DNA of 64,000 nucleotides from Escherichia coli (GTDB lineage Bacteria; Pseudomonadota; Gammaproteobacteria; Enterobacterales; Enterobacteriaceae): NCBI RefSeq assembly GCF_046105845.1, contig NZ_CP151004.1; one strand, 5' to 3'. Shown piece by piece: positions 46,405 to 59,156 of this stretch (position 1 is its first letter; each line of letters starts with the position of its first letter). The notes under the pieces were generated by a model. It saw only the letters and a program-made list of their open reading frames with translations, ran no database searches and was not told where the DNA came from. The position numbers and the translations under genes were made by a program.

Positions 46405-46433
46405 CCACCACCGCAACAAGAGAGATGATTGAT

Positions 46434-47324
46434 ATGACTATGAAAGTTGGTTTTATTGGCCTGGGGATTATGGGTAAACCAATGAGTAAAAACCTTCTGA
46501 AAGCAGGTTACTCGCTGGTGGTTGCTGACCGTAACCCAGAAGCTATTGCTGACGTGATTGCTGCAGGTGCAGAAACAGCCTCTACGGCTAAAGCGATCGC
46601 TGAACAGTGCGACGTCATCATAACCATGCTGCCAAACTCCCCTCATGTGAAAGAGGTGGCGCTGGGTGAGAATGGCATTATTGAAGGCGCGAAGCCTGGT
46701 ACGGTATTGATCGATATGAGTTCTATCGCACCGCTGGCAAGCCGTGAAATCAGCGAAGCGCTGAAAGCGAAAGGCATTGATATGCTGGATGCTCCGGTGA
46801 GCGGCGGTGAACCGAAAGCTATCGACGGTACGCTGTCAGTGATGGTGGGCGGCGACAAGGCTATTTTCGACAAATACTATGATTTGATGAAAGCAATGGC
46901 GGGTTCCGTGGTGCATACCGGGGAAATTGGTGCAGGTAACGTTACCAAACTGGCGAATCAGGTCATTGTGGCGCTGAATATTGCCGCGATGTCAGAAGCG
47001 TTAACGCTGGCAACTAAAGCGGGCGTTAACCCGGATTTGGTGTATCAGGCAATTCGCGGTGGACTGGCGGGCAGTACCGTGCTGGATGCCAAAGCGCCGA
47101 TGGTGATGGACCGCAACTTCAAGCCGGGCTTCCGCATTGATCTGCATATTAAGGACCTGGCGAATGCGCTGGATACTTCTCACGGCGTCGGCGCGCAACT
47201 GCCGCTCACAGCTGCGGTTATGGAGATGATGCAGGCACTGCGTGCAGATGGTTTAGGAACGGCGGATCATAGCGCCCTGGCGTGCTACTACGAAAAACTG
47301 GCGAAAGTCGAAGTTACTCGCTAA
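46434..47324 (+). CDS. garR: Tartronate semialdehyde (2-hydroxy-3-oxopropionate) reductase
   Basis: Product from MTMKVGFIGLGIMGKPMS (NAD-binding GxGxxG); true start may be the ATG at 46434 or 46440; the track's ORF begins at 46425. Confidence 0.93.
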   Translation: MTMKVGFIGLGIMGKPMSKNLLKAGYSLVVADRNPEAIADVIAAGAETASTAKAIAEQCDVIITMLPNSPHVKEVALGENGIIEGAKPGTVLIDMSSIAPLASREISEALKAKGIDMLDAPVSGGEPKAIDGTLSVMVGGDKAIFDKYYDLMKAMAGSVVHTGEIGAGNVTKLANQVIVALNIAAMSEALTLATKAGVNPDLVYQAIRGGLAGSTVLDAKAPMVMDRNFKPGFRIDLHIKDLANALDTSHGVGAQLPLTAAVMEMMQALRADGLGTADHSALACYYEKLAKVEVTR

Positions 47325-47420
47325 TGACGTCGTGCCCGGATGGCGTATTGCAATCCGGGCCTGGAATCCAGGCCGAATAAGAGAAACGCCCTCCGGCGTC
47401 ATGTGGTAACAGGCATAGGT

Positions 47421-48566
47421 ATGAAAATCGTAATCGCCCCAGACTCTTATAAAGAAAGTTTATCTGCCAGCGAGGTTGCGCAGGCGATAGAAAAAGGATT
47501 TCGGGAAATTTTTCCTGATGCACAGTACATTTCTGTTCCGGTTGCCGACGGTGGCGAAGGAACGGTGGAAGCGATGATTGCAGCCACCCAGGGTTCCGAA
47601 CGTCACGCCTGGGTTACAGGGCCGCTGGGCGAGAAAGTGGATGCCAGTTGGGGGATCTCCGGCGATGGCAAAACCGCGTTTATTGAAATGGCGGCGGCCA
47701 GTGGGCTGGAGCTGGTACCTGCGGAAAAACGCGATCCACTCGTGACCACTTCACGCGGCACAGGCGAGTTAATCCTGCAGGCGCTGGAGAGCGGTGCAAC
47801 AAACATTATTATCGGCATTGGCGGCAGCGCTACAAATGATGGCGGCGCAGGCATGGTACAGGCGCTGGGGGCGAAATTATGCGACGCCAACGGCAATGAA
47901 ATTGGTTTTGGCGGCGGTAGCCTTAATACTCTGAATGATATTGATATTTCCGGCCTCGATCCGCGCTTAAAAGATTGCGCCATTCGTGTCGCTTGTGATG
48001 TCACCAATCCGCTGGTGGGCGATAACGGCGCATCGCGCATCTTTGGCCCACAAAAGGGAGCCAGTGAAGCGATGATTGTCGAGCTGGACAATAACCTCTC
48101 TCACTATGCCGATGTCATTAAAAAAGCGCTGCATGTTGATGTGAAAGATGTCCCCGGCGCAGGAGCTGCGGGTGGTATGGGCGCGGCGCTAATGGCGTTT
48201 CTTGGTGCGGAACTGAAAAGTGGTATTGAAATCGTCACTACGGCGCTGAATCTGGAGGAACATATTCACGATTGTACGCTGGTGATCACCGGTGAAGGGC
48301 GTATTGACAGCCAGAGTATTCACGGCAAGGTTCCGATTGGCGTCGCAAACGTGGCGAAAAAGTACCATAAACCGGTGATTGGCATTGCGGGTAGCCTGAC
48401 CAATGATGTTGGCGTTGTACATCAGCATGGCATTGATGCGGTCTTCAGCGTATTGACCAGCATTGGTACGTTGGACGAAGCATTCCGCGGGGCTTATGAC
48501 AATATTTACCGTGCTTCACGTAATATCGCCGCGACACTGGCTATTGGAATGCGCAACGCGGGGTGA
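47421..48566 (+). CDS. garK: Glycerate 2-kinase GarK
   Basis: 381-aa product from MKIVIAPDSYKESLSA; the track's ORF is a 5' over-extension. Confidence 0.94.
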   Translation: MKIVIAPDSYKESLSASEVAQAIEKGFREIFPDAQYISVPVADGGEGTVEAMIAATQGSERHAWVTGPLGEKVDASWGISGDGKTAFIEMAAASGLELVPAEKRDPLVTTSRGTGELILQALESGATNIIIGIGGSATNDGGAGMVQALGAKLCDANGNEIGFGGGSLNTLNDIDISGLDPRLKDCAIRVACDVTNPLVGDNGASRIFGPQKGASEAMIVELDNNLSHYADVIKKALHVDVKDVPGAGAAGGMGAALMAFLGAELKSGIEIVTTALNLEEHIHDCTLVITGEGRIDSQSIHGKVPIGVANVAKKYHKPVIGIAGSLTNDVGVVHQHGIDAVFSVLTSIGTLDEAFRGAYDNIYRASRNIAATLAIGMRNAG

Positions 48567-48591
48567 CAAGGGCGCGCAAACCCTCTATACT
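48563..48591 (+). promoter_or_regulatory. rnpB promoter (-35 gtgaca, 17-nt spacer, -10 tatact)
   Basis: Hexamers with correct spacing placing the transcription start at the first nucleotide of M1 RNA (48599); overlaps the garK stop codon. Confidence 0.7.
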
Positions 48592-48598
48592 GCGCGCC

Positions 48599-48975
<377 letters not shown>

Positions 48976-49202
48976 GTTTTACGTAAAAACCCGCTTCGGC
49001 GGGGTTTTGCTTTTGGAGGAGCGGAAAGATGAATGACTGTCCACGACGCTATACCCAAAAGAAAGCGGCTTATCGGTCAGTTTCACCTGGTTTAACGAAA
49101 ACCCGCCAGCGTAAACTGGCGGGTTTTTGCTTTTTGGAGCATAGTGTAAGATGAATAAATATCTGCGGTATTAATAATAGACTTTGTAAGAAGTTATTAA
49201 GT

Positions 49203-50390
49203 CTATATTGCATTTAAAAGGTCGTAATCATACGTATAGTCCTCTCTGGTATAATATTGCTTCTCTGAGTTATAAGCTTCATATGTATTATATTTTACGA
49301 CTTCAAAGCAATTGTCTGGAGAATTTTTGTCTTTCTCGAGTATATTATCTGGAAGGAATTCCTCTGAGCTAGAGTCCTCTATGTTTAAATCTGTATTGTA
49401 ATTAATTTTTGGATCGATTAGATAAGCATTTCCTTTGACGCTTTCATAATCTTTAATGATTATATCGATGTAATAATCTATTTTTTCTGATGAGAATGCT
49501 TTCATCTCTGGTAATCTAATTCTGTTCAAGTAATTGTTAATTTTCGATGAGCTTTTATATATTTCTTTTGTTAATTCATTTTCTAATTCATCTGTTAGAG
49601 TTGCTCTTGGTATAGATTCTATAATTGCAAGTCTCATAATTTTTAATTGTTCTTCGGTAATATCTCCAAGCGCATTTAAACAACTTTCGACAAGCTTAAT
49701 TTTTTCTTCAGAATACATATCGTTAATGCTTGTTATAACAGGCGTTATTTTTAGTAAATAATCCCATGAGATTGTGGCGTTTTGTTTTGAACTAACGAAA
49801 TTTACCTGAAACATGTTGGCATTAGTAAAATCTGTGTCATCCAATTTAAAAGGGTTTAAAATTGTATTGGCCATATGTTTATCTGTAAAATCATAAAGTT
49901 CTAAATCGATATTCCGTAAGTCCAGAGAGGATAGATCAACTATACCTCCAGTCCCACAACTAAAGATTACGTTCAACCTCCTGATTTCATTGTAAATGTC
50001 TTTCAATGGGCAATTAACATTGATATTGCCTGTGGATATTTCCTGGTTTTTTAACGGTTCATTAATTGTAAGTTCACAGGTATTGTCTGATCGTTGAATA
50101 ATTCGGGCGTTATAACCAAAAAAATCCATACGAAGAGACGAATCATTATAAAGAATTACATTTTGTAAGTACGCTAATTCTTTTTGGAAATCACCAGTGA
50201 TAATGCATTTTCCGCCTGGTTGTAACGCGTTAAGTAAAGTGACCATTTCAATAGAGGTCTGTTTTAGTTTTTCTATGCCTGGTGCTAGTGCTTCGAGGTT
50301 ATTTCCTATGGGGCTTTCAGGAAGGTCATTCATTTTTCGACGGGCTAAATCACTACTAATATCATTACCAATTGATGAAACAGGGGACAT
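49203..50390 (-). CDS. yhaC: Uncharacterised protein YhaC (Asn/Ile/Asp-rich, low-GC)
   Basis: 395-aa ORF in a strongly AT-rich segment; position and sequence match K-12 yhaC; loosely repetitive region around DLRNIDLELYDFTDKHMANTILNPFKLDDTDFTNANMF. Confidence 0.85.
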   Translation of the reverse strand: MSPVSSIGNDISSDLARRKMNDLPESPIGNNLEALAPGIEKLKQTSIEMVTLLNALQPGGKCIITGDFQKELAYLQNVILYNDSSLRMDFFGYNARIIQRSDNTCELTINEPLKNQEISTGNINVNCPLKDIYNEIRRLNVIFSCGTGGIVDLSSLDLRNIDLELYDFTDKHMANTILNPFKLDDTDFTNANMFQVNFVSSKQNATISWDYLLKITPVITSINDMYSEEKIKLVESCLNALGDITEEQLKIMRLAIIESIPRATLTDELENELTKEIYKSSSKINNYLNRIRLPEMKAFSSEKIDYYIDIIIKDYESVKGNAYLIDPKINYNTDLNIEDSSSEEFLPDNILEKDKNSPDNCFEVVKYNTYEAYNSEKQYYTREDYTYDYDLLNAI

Positions 50391-50487
50391 TATTTTATCC
50401 TTTATAAATAATCAATAAAAATCATTATTAAAATGATCGGGTGAAAAAAAGAGAATTTGCCAACAATCTGTAGGAATGGAGGTTTTA

Positions 50488-50982
50488 TTAAAGTACGTAG
50501 GGGGGGGTTAAGATTGCTTCTTTTCGGGTGAATTTTGCACAATACTTAGAAATCGTCTCCTTAATACACTCCAGCTCTTTTTTATTGACGGCTGAGCAAG
50601 TACATTGTTCGCCAAAAGGTGCAAAAGTGCCTACATCTAATGTTTGTATGATATAATCGTCATGTTCTCCTGTAGAAATATCTATGATGAATGGACTCAT
50701 ATTTTCCGGTTGGATTCGGATCATGACAGAAGGAACATCGCCTTGATAGAAATTCAATGCAGTAATTGCAGATAATACTCTCCGCAGTTCATTACTTATA
50801 CTGTATATTTTATTAACGTCATTGGTGGAGACAATTTCTGCAAACTTTCTTTTTACCGTCCAATAATCAATATTTCTATTGTGATTGTTAACCACTGCGT
50901 GCATTGGCGGGATTGAAGGGTGAAAAATATGTGCAATTGGGAAGCCTTTCATTGATGCCTGCCTTGTCATCATGACAAACAA
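50488..50982 (-). CDS. yhaB: Uncharacterised protein YhaB
   Basis: 164-aa ORF in AT-rich DNA between yhaC and tdcR; start codon uncertain. Confidence 0.75.
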   Translation of the reverse strand: MFVMMTRQASMKGFPIAHIFHPSIPPMHAVVNNHNRNIDYWTVKRKFAEIVSTNDVNKIYSISNELRRVLSAITALNFYQGDVPSVMIRIQPENMSPFIIDISTGEHDDYIIQTLDVGTFAPFGEQCTCSAVNKKELECIKETISKYCAKFTRKEAILTPPYVL

Positions 50983-51207
50983 TAATAGATGCTTATTTTC
51001 CTCGCAGGGTTCTTTCGCACTATCAAAAAACGCTCATTTACCCGGCGTTACAGTAAACGAAGCAACATTCTGTGGCCTACGCCGATCAAAAGCTCTGTGA
51101 AAATTTCCCTTGTTGTCTTTGTCTGACCTTATCGCGGCGACCAGCAATTATTCGTTTTGTGATCCTCAACACAAAATGCTATTCGTCGCCTATGAGGGGA
51201 GAGGAAT

Positions 51208-51564
51208 TTATGGAAAACGATTGCATTCACAAAATGACGTCCTGTCAGAAGAGAAAAAGTTGACGTTAATCAATTGTTCGAGATGATCAATACCTGTATT
51301 CGAAATTTTAAAATATTGATAAAATAAATGTTTGTTCTCCAACAAATAGCGTGAAAAAATGTGACGTGCCGCATTATTTATCGCTGAAAATGGTTTATTT
51401 ATAATAAAATTTGAGAACTTGCTCATTAAATTTAACTCAAATATTGCCTGGTAATTATCCTGTAATTGCTTGAAATATGGTCTCAGCCCCTTTTTTGCAT
51501 TAACCACATAACGAATGATGTTATCGCCATAAAATATGGTTATCCCCGTCATTTTTTTTGACAA
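51208..51564 (-). CDS. tdcR: Putative tdc operon activator TdcR (start codon uncertain)
   Basis: 118-aa ORF divergent from tdcA in very AT-rich DNA; position matches tdcR, which I recall as shorter, so an internal start is likely. Confidence 0.55.
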   Translation of the reverse strand: MSKKMTGITIFYGDNIIRYVVNAKKGLRPYFKQLQDNYQAIFELNLMSKFSNFIINKPFSAINNAARHIFSRYLLENKHLFYQYFKISNTGIDHLEQLINVNFFSSDRTSFCECNRFP

Positions 51565-51661
51565 AAATCAGGGTTTATGCTGATTTTTATACTTTAACTT
51601 ATTGATATATAAAGATATTTAATTGGAATAACGATACCCTGGAAAGTATTGAAAGTTAATT

Positions 51662-51677
51662 TGTGAGTGGTCGCACA
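51662..51677. promoter_or_regulatory. CRP-binding site in the tdc promoter
   Basis: tgtgagtggtcgcaca matches TGTGA-N6-TCACA at 9/10 positions, about 65-80 nt upstream of the tdcA ATG. Confidence 0.7.
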
Positions 51678-51740
51678 TATCCTGTTCATTTCATTTTGAT
51701 ACACTTCATGCCGTCACTGAGGTAATTAACGTAGGTCGTT

Positions 51741-52679
51741 ATGAGCACTATTCTTCTTCCGAAAACGCAGCACCTGGTAGTCTTTCAGGAAGTCATTAGA
51801 AGTGGCTCTATCGGCTCGGCTGCAAAAGAATTAGGGTTAACTCAACCGGCCGTCAGTAAAATCATTAACGATATTGAAGATTATTTTGGCGTGGAATTAG
51901 TGGTGCGGAAAAATACCGGTGTAACACTAACACCTGCCGGTCAATTGTTACTCTCCCGTTCTGAATCCATTACCCGTGAAATGAAAAATATGGTTAATGA
52001 GATAAGCGGTATGTCTTCTGAGGCGGTGGTGGAAGTCTCATTTGGTTTTCCTTCATTGATTGGTTTTACTTTTATGTCCGGGATGATCAACAAGTTCAAA
52101 GAGGTGTTCCCGAAAGCGCAGGTTTCTATGTATGAAGCGCAACTGTCTTCGTTCTTACCGGCAATCCGCGACGGTCGACTTGATTTTGCGATTGGTACGT
52201 TAAGCGCAGAAATGAAGCTTCAGGATTTACATGTTGAGCCGCTGTTCGAGTCCGAGTTTGTGCTGGTAGCCAGTAAGTCCCGAACATGCACCGGCACCAC
52301 CACGCTGGAGTCGTTGAAGAACGAACAGTGGGTGTTGCCACAAACCAATATGGGGTACTACAGCGAGCTGCTTACTACGTTACAAAGAAATGGCATCAGT
52401 ATTGAAAACATCGTTAAAACCGACTCAGTCGTGACAATTTATAATCTTGTTCTCAATGCTGATTTCTTAACTGTAATTCCTTGTGATATGACATCACCTT
52501 TTGGTTCTAATCAATTTATTACTATTCCGGTTGAAGAAACATTACCTGTGGCACAATATGCCGCGGTATGGTCGAAAAATTATCGTATTAAAAAAGCAGC
52601 ATCGGTTTTGGTTGAATTAGCCAAAGAGTATTCATCTTATAATGGGTGTAGACGAAGGCAATTAATTGAAGTTGGTTAG
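51741..52679 (+). CDS. tdcA: LysR-type transcriptional activator TdcA
   Basis: 312-aa ORF with N-terminal HTH (SIGSAAKELGLTQPAVSKIINDIE). Confidence 0.95.
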   Translation: MSTILLPKTQHLVVFQEVIRSGSIGSAAKELGLTQPAVSKIINDIEDYFGVELVVRKNTGVTLTPAGQLLLSRSESITREMKNMVNEISGMSSEAVVEVSFGFPSLIGFTFMSGMINKFKEVFPKAQVSMYEAQLSSFLPAIRDGRLDFAIGTLSAEMKLQDLHVEPLFESEFVLVASKSRTCTGTTTLESLKNEQWVLPQTNMGYYSELLTTLQRNGISIENIVKTDSVVTIYNLVLNADFLTVIPCDMTSPFGSNQFITIPVEETLPVAQYAAVWSKNYRIKKAASVLVELAKEYSSYNGCRRRQLIEVG

Positions 52680-52777
52680 TTATTTGTTTTTATTTAAACA
52701 TAAATAATCCACCTGTCTGTTTTGCAGGTGTCGGTTACGGTTACCTACATATTTAATTCAGGCTAAGAGGTTTTATA

Positions 52778-53767
52778 ATGCATATTACATACGATCTCCC
52801 GGTTGCTATTGATGACATCATTGAAGCAAAACAACGACTGGCTGGGCGAATTTATAAAACAGGCATGCCTCGCTCCAACTATTTTAGTGAACGTTGCAAA
52901 GGTGAAATATTCCTCAAATTCGAAAACATGCAGCGTACCGGTTCATTTAAAATTCGTGGCGCATTTAATAAATTAAGTTCACTGACTGATGCGGAAAAAC
53001 GTAAAGGTGTAGTGGCCTGCTCTGCGGGCAACCATGCGCAAGGGGTTTCGCTCTCCTGCGCGATGCTGGGTATCGACGGTAAAGTGGTGATGCCAAAAGG
53101 CGCGCCGAAATCCAAAGTAGCGGCAACGTGCGACTACTCTGCAGAAGTCGTTCTGCATGGTGATAACTTCAACGACACTATCGCTAAAGTGAGCGAAATT
53201 GTCGAAATGGAAGGCCGTATTTTTATCCCACCTTATGATGATCCGAAAGTGATTGCTGGCCAGGGAACGATTGGTCTGGAAATTATGGAAGATCTCTATG
53301 ATGTCGATAATGTGATTGTGCCAATTGGTGGTGGCGGTTTAATTGCTGGTATTGCGGTGGCAATAAAATCTATTAACCCGACCATTCGTGTTATTGGCGT
53401 ACAGTCAGAAAACGTTCACGGCATGGCGGCTTCTTTCCACTCCGGAGAAATAACCACGCACCGAACTACCGGCACCCTGGCGGATGGTTGTGATGTCTCC
53501 CGCCCGGGTAATTTAACTTACGAAATCGTTCGTGAATTAGTCGATGACATCGTGCTGGTCAGCGAAGACGAAATCAGAAACAGTATGATTGCCTTAATTC
53601 AGCGCAATAAAGTCGTCACCGAAGGCGCAGGCGCTCTGGCATGTGCTGCATTATTAAGCGGTAAATTAGACCAATATATTCAAAACAGAAAAACCGTCAG
53701 TATTATTTCCGGCGGCAATATCGATCTTTCTCGCGTCTCTCAAATCACCGGTTTCGTTGACGCTTAA
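52778..53767 (+). CDS. tdcB: Catabolic (biodegradative) threonine dehydratase TdcB (PLP-dependent)
   Basis: 329-aa ORF; PLP-lysine motif [15 protein letters not shown]. Confidence 0.96.
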
Positions 53768-53785
53768 TTAATTCGTTGAGGATAG

Positions 53786-55120
<1,335 letters not shown>

Positions 55121-55145
55121 TCCGTAACTCAGGATGAGAAAAGAG

Positions 55146-56354
55146 ATGAATGAATTTCCGGTTGTTTTGGTTATTAACTGTGGTTCGTCTTCGATTAAGT
55201 TTTCCGTACTCGATGCCAGCGACTGTGAAGTATTAATGTCAGGTATTGCCGACGGTATTAACTCGGAAAATGCATTCTTATCCGTAAATGGGGGAGAGCC
55301 AGCACCGCTGGCTCACCACAGCTACGAAGGTGCATTGAAGGCAATTGCATTTGAACTGGAAAAACGGAATTTAAATGACAGTGTGGCCTTAATTGGCCAC
55401 CGCATCGCTCACGGCGGCAGTATTTTTACCGAGTCCGCCATTATTACCGATGAAGTCATTGATAATATCCGTCGCGTTTCTCCACTGGCACCCCTGCATA
55501 ATTACGCCAATTTAAGTGGTATTGAATCGGCGCAGCAATTATTTCCTGGCGTAACTCAGGTGGCGGTATTTGATACCAGTTTCCACCAGACGATGGCTCC
55601 GGAAGCTTATTTATACGGCCTGCCGTGGAAATATTATGAAGAGCTAGGTGTACGCCGTTATGGTTTCCACGGCACGTCGCACCGCTATGTTTCCCAGCGC
55701 GCGCATTCTTTGCTGAATCTGGCGGAAGATGACTCCGGCCTGGTTGTGGCGCATCTTGGCAATGGCGCGTCAATCTGCGCAGTTCGCAACGGTCAGAGTG
55801 TTGATACCTCAATGGGAATGACGCCGCTGGAAGGCTTGATGATGGGTACCCGCAGTGGTGATGTCGACTTCGGGGCGATGTCCTGGGTCGCCAGCCAAAC
55901 CAACCAGAGCCTGGGTGACCTGGAACGCGTAGTGAATAAAGAGTCGGGATTATTAGGTATTTCCGGTCTTTCTTCGGATTTACGTGTTCTGGAAAAAGCC
56001 TGGCATGAAGGTCACGAACGCGCGCAACTGGCAATTAAAACCTTTGTTCACCGAATTGCCCGTCATATTGCCGGGCACGCAGCCTCATTACGTCGCCTGG
56101 ATGGAATTATATTCACCGGCGGAATAGGAGAAAATTCAAGTTTAATTCGTCGTCTGGTCATGGAACATTTGGCTGTATTAGGCGTAGAGATTGATACAGA
56201 AATGAATAATCGCTCTAACTCCTGTGGAGAGCGAATTGTTTCCAGTGAAAATGCCCGTGTCATTTGCGCCGTTATCCCAACCAACGAAGAAAAAATGATT
56301 GCTTTGGATGCCATTCATTTAGGCAAAGTGAACGCGCCCGCAGAATTTGCATAA
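55146..56354 (+). CDS. tdcD: Propionate kinase TdcD (acetate kinase family)
   Basis: 402-aa product from [23 protein letters not shown]. Confidence 0.95.
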   Translation: MNEFPVVLVINCGSSSIKFSVLDASDCEVLMSGIADGINSENAFLSVNGGEPAPLAHHSYEGALKAIAFELEKRNLNDSVALIGHRIAHGGSIFTESAIITDEVIDNIRRVSPLAPLHNYANLSGIESAQQLFPGVTQVAVFDTSFHQTMAPEAYLYGLPWKYYEELGVRRYGFHGTSHRYVSQRAHSLLNLAEDDSGLVVAHLGNGASICAVRNGQSVDTSMGMTPLEGLMMGTRSGDVDFGAMSWVASQTNQSLGDLERVVNKESGLLGISGLSSDLRVLEKAWHEGHERAQLAIKTFVHRIARHIAGHAASLRRLDGIIFTGGIGENSSLIRRLVMEHLAVLGVEIDTEMNNRSNSCGERIVSSENARVICAVIPTNEEKMIALDAIHLGKVNAPAEFA

Positions 56355-56387
56355 TTTAGTTGAAGTATTGTAGAGAGATTATTTTTC

Positions 56388-58682
56388 ATGAAGGTAGATA
56401 TTGATACCAGCGATAAGCTGTACGCCGACGCATGGCTTGGCTTTAAAGGTACGGACTGGAAAAACGAAATTAATGTCCGCGATTTTATTCAACATAACTA
56501 TACACCGTATGAAGGCGATGAATCTTTCCTCGCTGAAGCGACGCCAGCCACCACGGAATTGTGGGAAAAGGTGATGGAAGGCATTCGTATTGAAAACGCA
56601 ACCCACGCGCCGGTTGATTTCGATACCAATATTGCTACCACTATTACCGCTCATGATGCGGGATATATTAACCAGCCGCTGGAAAAAATTGTTGGCCTGC
56701 AAACGGATGCGCCGTTGAAACGTGCGCTGCATCCGTTCGGTGGCATTAATATGATTAAAAGTTCATTCCACGCCTATGGCCGTGAAATGGACAGTGAATT
56801 TGAATATCTGTTTACCGATCTGCGTAAAACCCATAATCAGGGCGTATTTGATGTTTACTCACCGGATATGCTGCGCTGCCGTAAATCGGGTGTACTGACT
56901 GGTTTGCCAGATGGTTATGGCCGTGGGCGCATTATCGGTGACTACCGCCGCGTGGCGCTGTATGGCATCAGTTATCTGGTGCGTGAACGCGAACTGCAAT
57001 TTGCCGATCTCCAGTCCCGTCTGGAAAAAGGCGAGGATCTGGAAGCCACTATCCGTCTGCGTGAGGAGCTGGCAGAGCATCGTCATGCGCTTTTGCAGAT
57101 TCAGGAAATGGCGGCGAAATATGGCTTTGATATCTCTCGCCCGGCGCAGAATGCACAGGAAGCGGTGCAGTGGCTCTACTTCGCTTATCTGGCGGCAGTG
57201 AAATCGCAAAATGGCGGCGCGATGTCGCTGGGGCGCACGGCATCGTTCCTCGATATCTACATTGAGCGCGACTTTAAAGCTGGCGTACTCAATGAGCAGC
57301 AGGCACAGGAACTGATCGATCACTTCATCATGAAGATCCGTATGGTACGCTTCCTGCGTACACCGGAATTTGATTCGCTGTTCTCCGGCGACCCAATCTG
57401 GGCGACGGAAGTGATCGGCGGGATGGGGCTGGACGGTCGTACGCTGGTGACCAAAAACTCCTTCCGCTATTTGCACACCCTGCACACTATGGGGCCGGCA
57501 CCGGAACCTAACCTGACCATTCTTTGGTCGGAAGAATTACCGATTGCCTTCAAAAAATATGCCGCGCAGGTGTCGATCGTCACCTCTTCCTTGCAGTATG
57601 AAAACGACGATCTGATGCGTACTGACTTCAACAGCGACGATTACGCGATTGCCTGCTGCGTCAGCCCAATGGTGATTGGTAAGCAGATGCAGTTCTTTGG
57701 TGCGCGCGCTAACCTGGCGAAAACACTGCTGTACGCAATTAACGGCGGGGTGGATGAGAAGCTGAAGATTCAGGTCGGGCCGAAAACAGCACCATTGATG
57801 GACGACGTGCTGGACTACGACAAAGTGATGGACAGCCTCGATCATTTCATGGACTGGCTGGCAGTGCAGTACATCAGCGCGCTGAATATCATCCACTACA
57901 TGCACGACAAGTACAGCTATGAAGCCTCGCTGATGGCGCTGCACGATCGTGATGTTTATCGCACGATGGCTTGCGGCATCGCGGGTCTGTCGGTGGCGAC
58001 GGACTCCCTGTCTGCCATCAAATATGCCCGCGTGAAACCGATCCGTGACGAAAACGGCCTGGCGGTGGATTTCGAAATCGACGGCGAATATCCGCAGTAT
58101 GGCAACAACGACGAGCGCGTAGACAGCATTGCCTGCGATCTGGTTGAACGCTTTATGAAGAAAATTAAAGCGCTGCCAACCTATCGCAACGCCGTCCCTA
58201 CCCAGTCGATTCTGACTATCACTTCTAACGTGGTGTACGGCCAGAAAACCGGTAACACGCCAGACGGTCGTCGTGCGGGTACACCGTTCGCACCGGGCGC
58301 TAACCCGATGCACGGTCGTGACCGCAAAGGTGCGGTAGCCTCGCTGACGTCGGTGGCGAAACTGCCGTTCACCTACGCCAAAGACGGGATCTCGTACACC
58401 TTCTCGATCGTGCCTGCGGCGCTGGGCAAAGAAGATCCAGTACGTAAAACCAACCTTGTCGGCCTGCTGGATGGGTATTTCCACCACGAAGCGGATGTCG
58501 AAGGCGGTCAACACCTCAACGTCAACGTAATGAATAGGGAAATGCTGCTGGATGCCATCGAGCACCCGGAAAAATATCCTAACCTGACAATCCGTGTCTC
58601 TGGCTACGCCGTGCGCTTCAACGCACTGACCCGTGAACAGCAACAGGATGTTATTTCACGTACTTTTACCCAGGCGCTCTGA
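56388..58682 (+). CDS. tdcE: 2-ketobutyrate formate-lyase / pyruvate formate-lyase 4 TdcE (glycyl radical enzyme)
   Basis: 764-aa ORF; glycyl-radical motif RVSGYAVRF near the C-terminus and active-site CC (IACCVSP). Confidence 0.96.
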   Translation: MKVDIDTSDKLYADAWLGFKGTDWKNEINVRDFIQHNYTPYEGDESFLAEATPATTELWEKVMEGIRIENATHAPVDFDTNIATTITAHDAGYINQPLEKIVGLQTDAPLKRALHPFGGINMIKSSFHAYGREMDSEFEYLFTDLRKTHNQGVFDVYSPDMLRCRKSGVLTGLPDGYGRGRIIGDYRRVALYGISYLVRERELQFADLQSRLEKGEDLEATIRLREELAEHRHALLQIQEMAAKYGFDISRPAQNAQEAVQWLYFAYLAAVKSQNGGAMSLGRTASFLDIYIERDFKAGVLNEQQAQELIDHFIMKIRMVRFLRTPEFDSLFSGDPIWATEVIGGMGLDGRTLVTKNSFRYLHTLHTMGPAPEPNLTILWSEELPIAFKKYAAQVSIVTSSLQYENDDLMRTDFNSDDYAIACCVSPMVIGKQMQFFGARANLAKTLLYAINGGVDEKLKIQVGPKTAPLMDDVLDYDKVMDSLDHFMDWLAVQYISALNIIHYMHDKYSYEASLMALHDRDVYRTMACGIAGLSVATDSLSAIKYARVKPIRDENGLAVDFEIDGEYPQYGNNDERVDSIACDLVERFMKKIKALPTYRNAVPTQSILTITSNVVYGQKTGNTPDGRRAGTPFAPGANPMHGRDRKGAVASLTSVAKLPFTYAKDGISYTFSIVPAALGKEDPVRKTNLVGLLDGYFHHEADVEGGQHLNVNVMNREMLLDAIEHPEKYPNLTIRVSGYAVRFNALTREQQQDVISRTFTQAL

Positions 58683-58695
58683 CGCCGGAGGATGT

Positions 58696-59085
58696 ATGAA
58701 AAAGATTATCGAAACGCAACGTGCCCCAGGCGCAATCGGCCCTTATGTTCAGGGCGTTGATTTAGGCAGCATGGTCTTCACCTCCGGGCAAATTCCGGTT
58801 TGCCCACAGACCGGTGAGATCCCGGCTGATGTGCAAGATCAGGCGCGTTTAAGCCTCGAAAACGTCAAAGCGATCGTGGTTGCTGCCGGGCTAAGCGTGG
58901 GCGATATCATCAAGATGACCGTGTTCATCACCGATCTGAATGATTTTGCCACCATCAATGAAGTCTATAAGCAGTTCTTCGATGAGCATCAGGCGACCTA
59001 CCCGACCCGGAGCTGTGTACAGGTCGCGCGTTTGCCGAAAGATGTGAAGCTGGAAATTGAAGCCATCGCAGTACGTAGTGCGTAA
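58696..59085 (+). CDS. tdcF: RidA-family enamine/imine deaminase TdcF
   Basis: 129-aa product from MKKIIETQRAPGAIGPYVQG; the track's ORF is a 5' over-extension into tdcE. Confidence 0.94.
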   Translation: MKKIIETQRAPGAIGPYVQGVDLGSMVFTSGQIPVCPQTGEIPADVQDQARLSLENVKAIVVAAGLSVGDIIKMTVFITDLNDFATINEVYKQFFDEHQATYPTRSCVQVARLPKDVKLEIEAIAVRSA

Positions 59086-59156
59086 AGCCTCGTGAGCGGG
59101 ACGGTCGCAAGGTCGTTCCGCTCCACTTCACTGAACGGCAATCCGAGGGTGTGGAT

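Noticed and set aside
47325-47420. Possible REP element or terminator between garR and garK
   Set aside because: Only imperfect complementarity (gcccggatggcg ... cgccctccggc); not convincing as a REP or as an intrinsic terminator.
48976-49202. Possible integrase or prophage junction next to rnpB
   Set aside because: Only the tandem rnpB 3' repeat is present; no integrase ORF, no att-like direct repeat flanking the yhaC-yhaB segment within the window.
57537-58643. 368-aa minus-strand ORF antisense to tdcE (and 56859..57485)
   Set aside because: Shadow ORFs within a conserved glycyl-radical enzyme gene; no independent signals.
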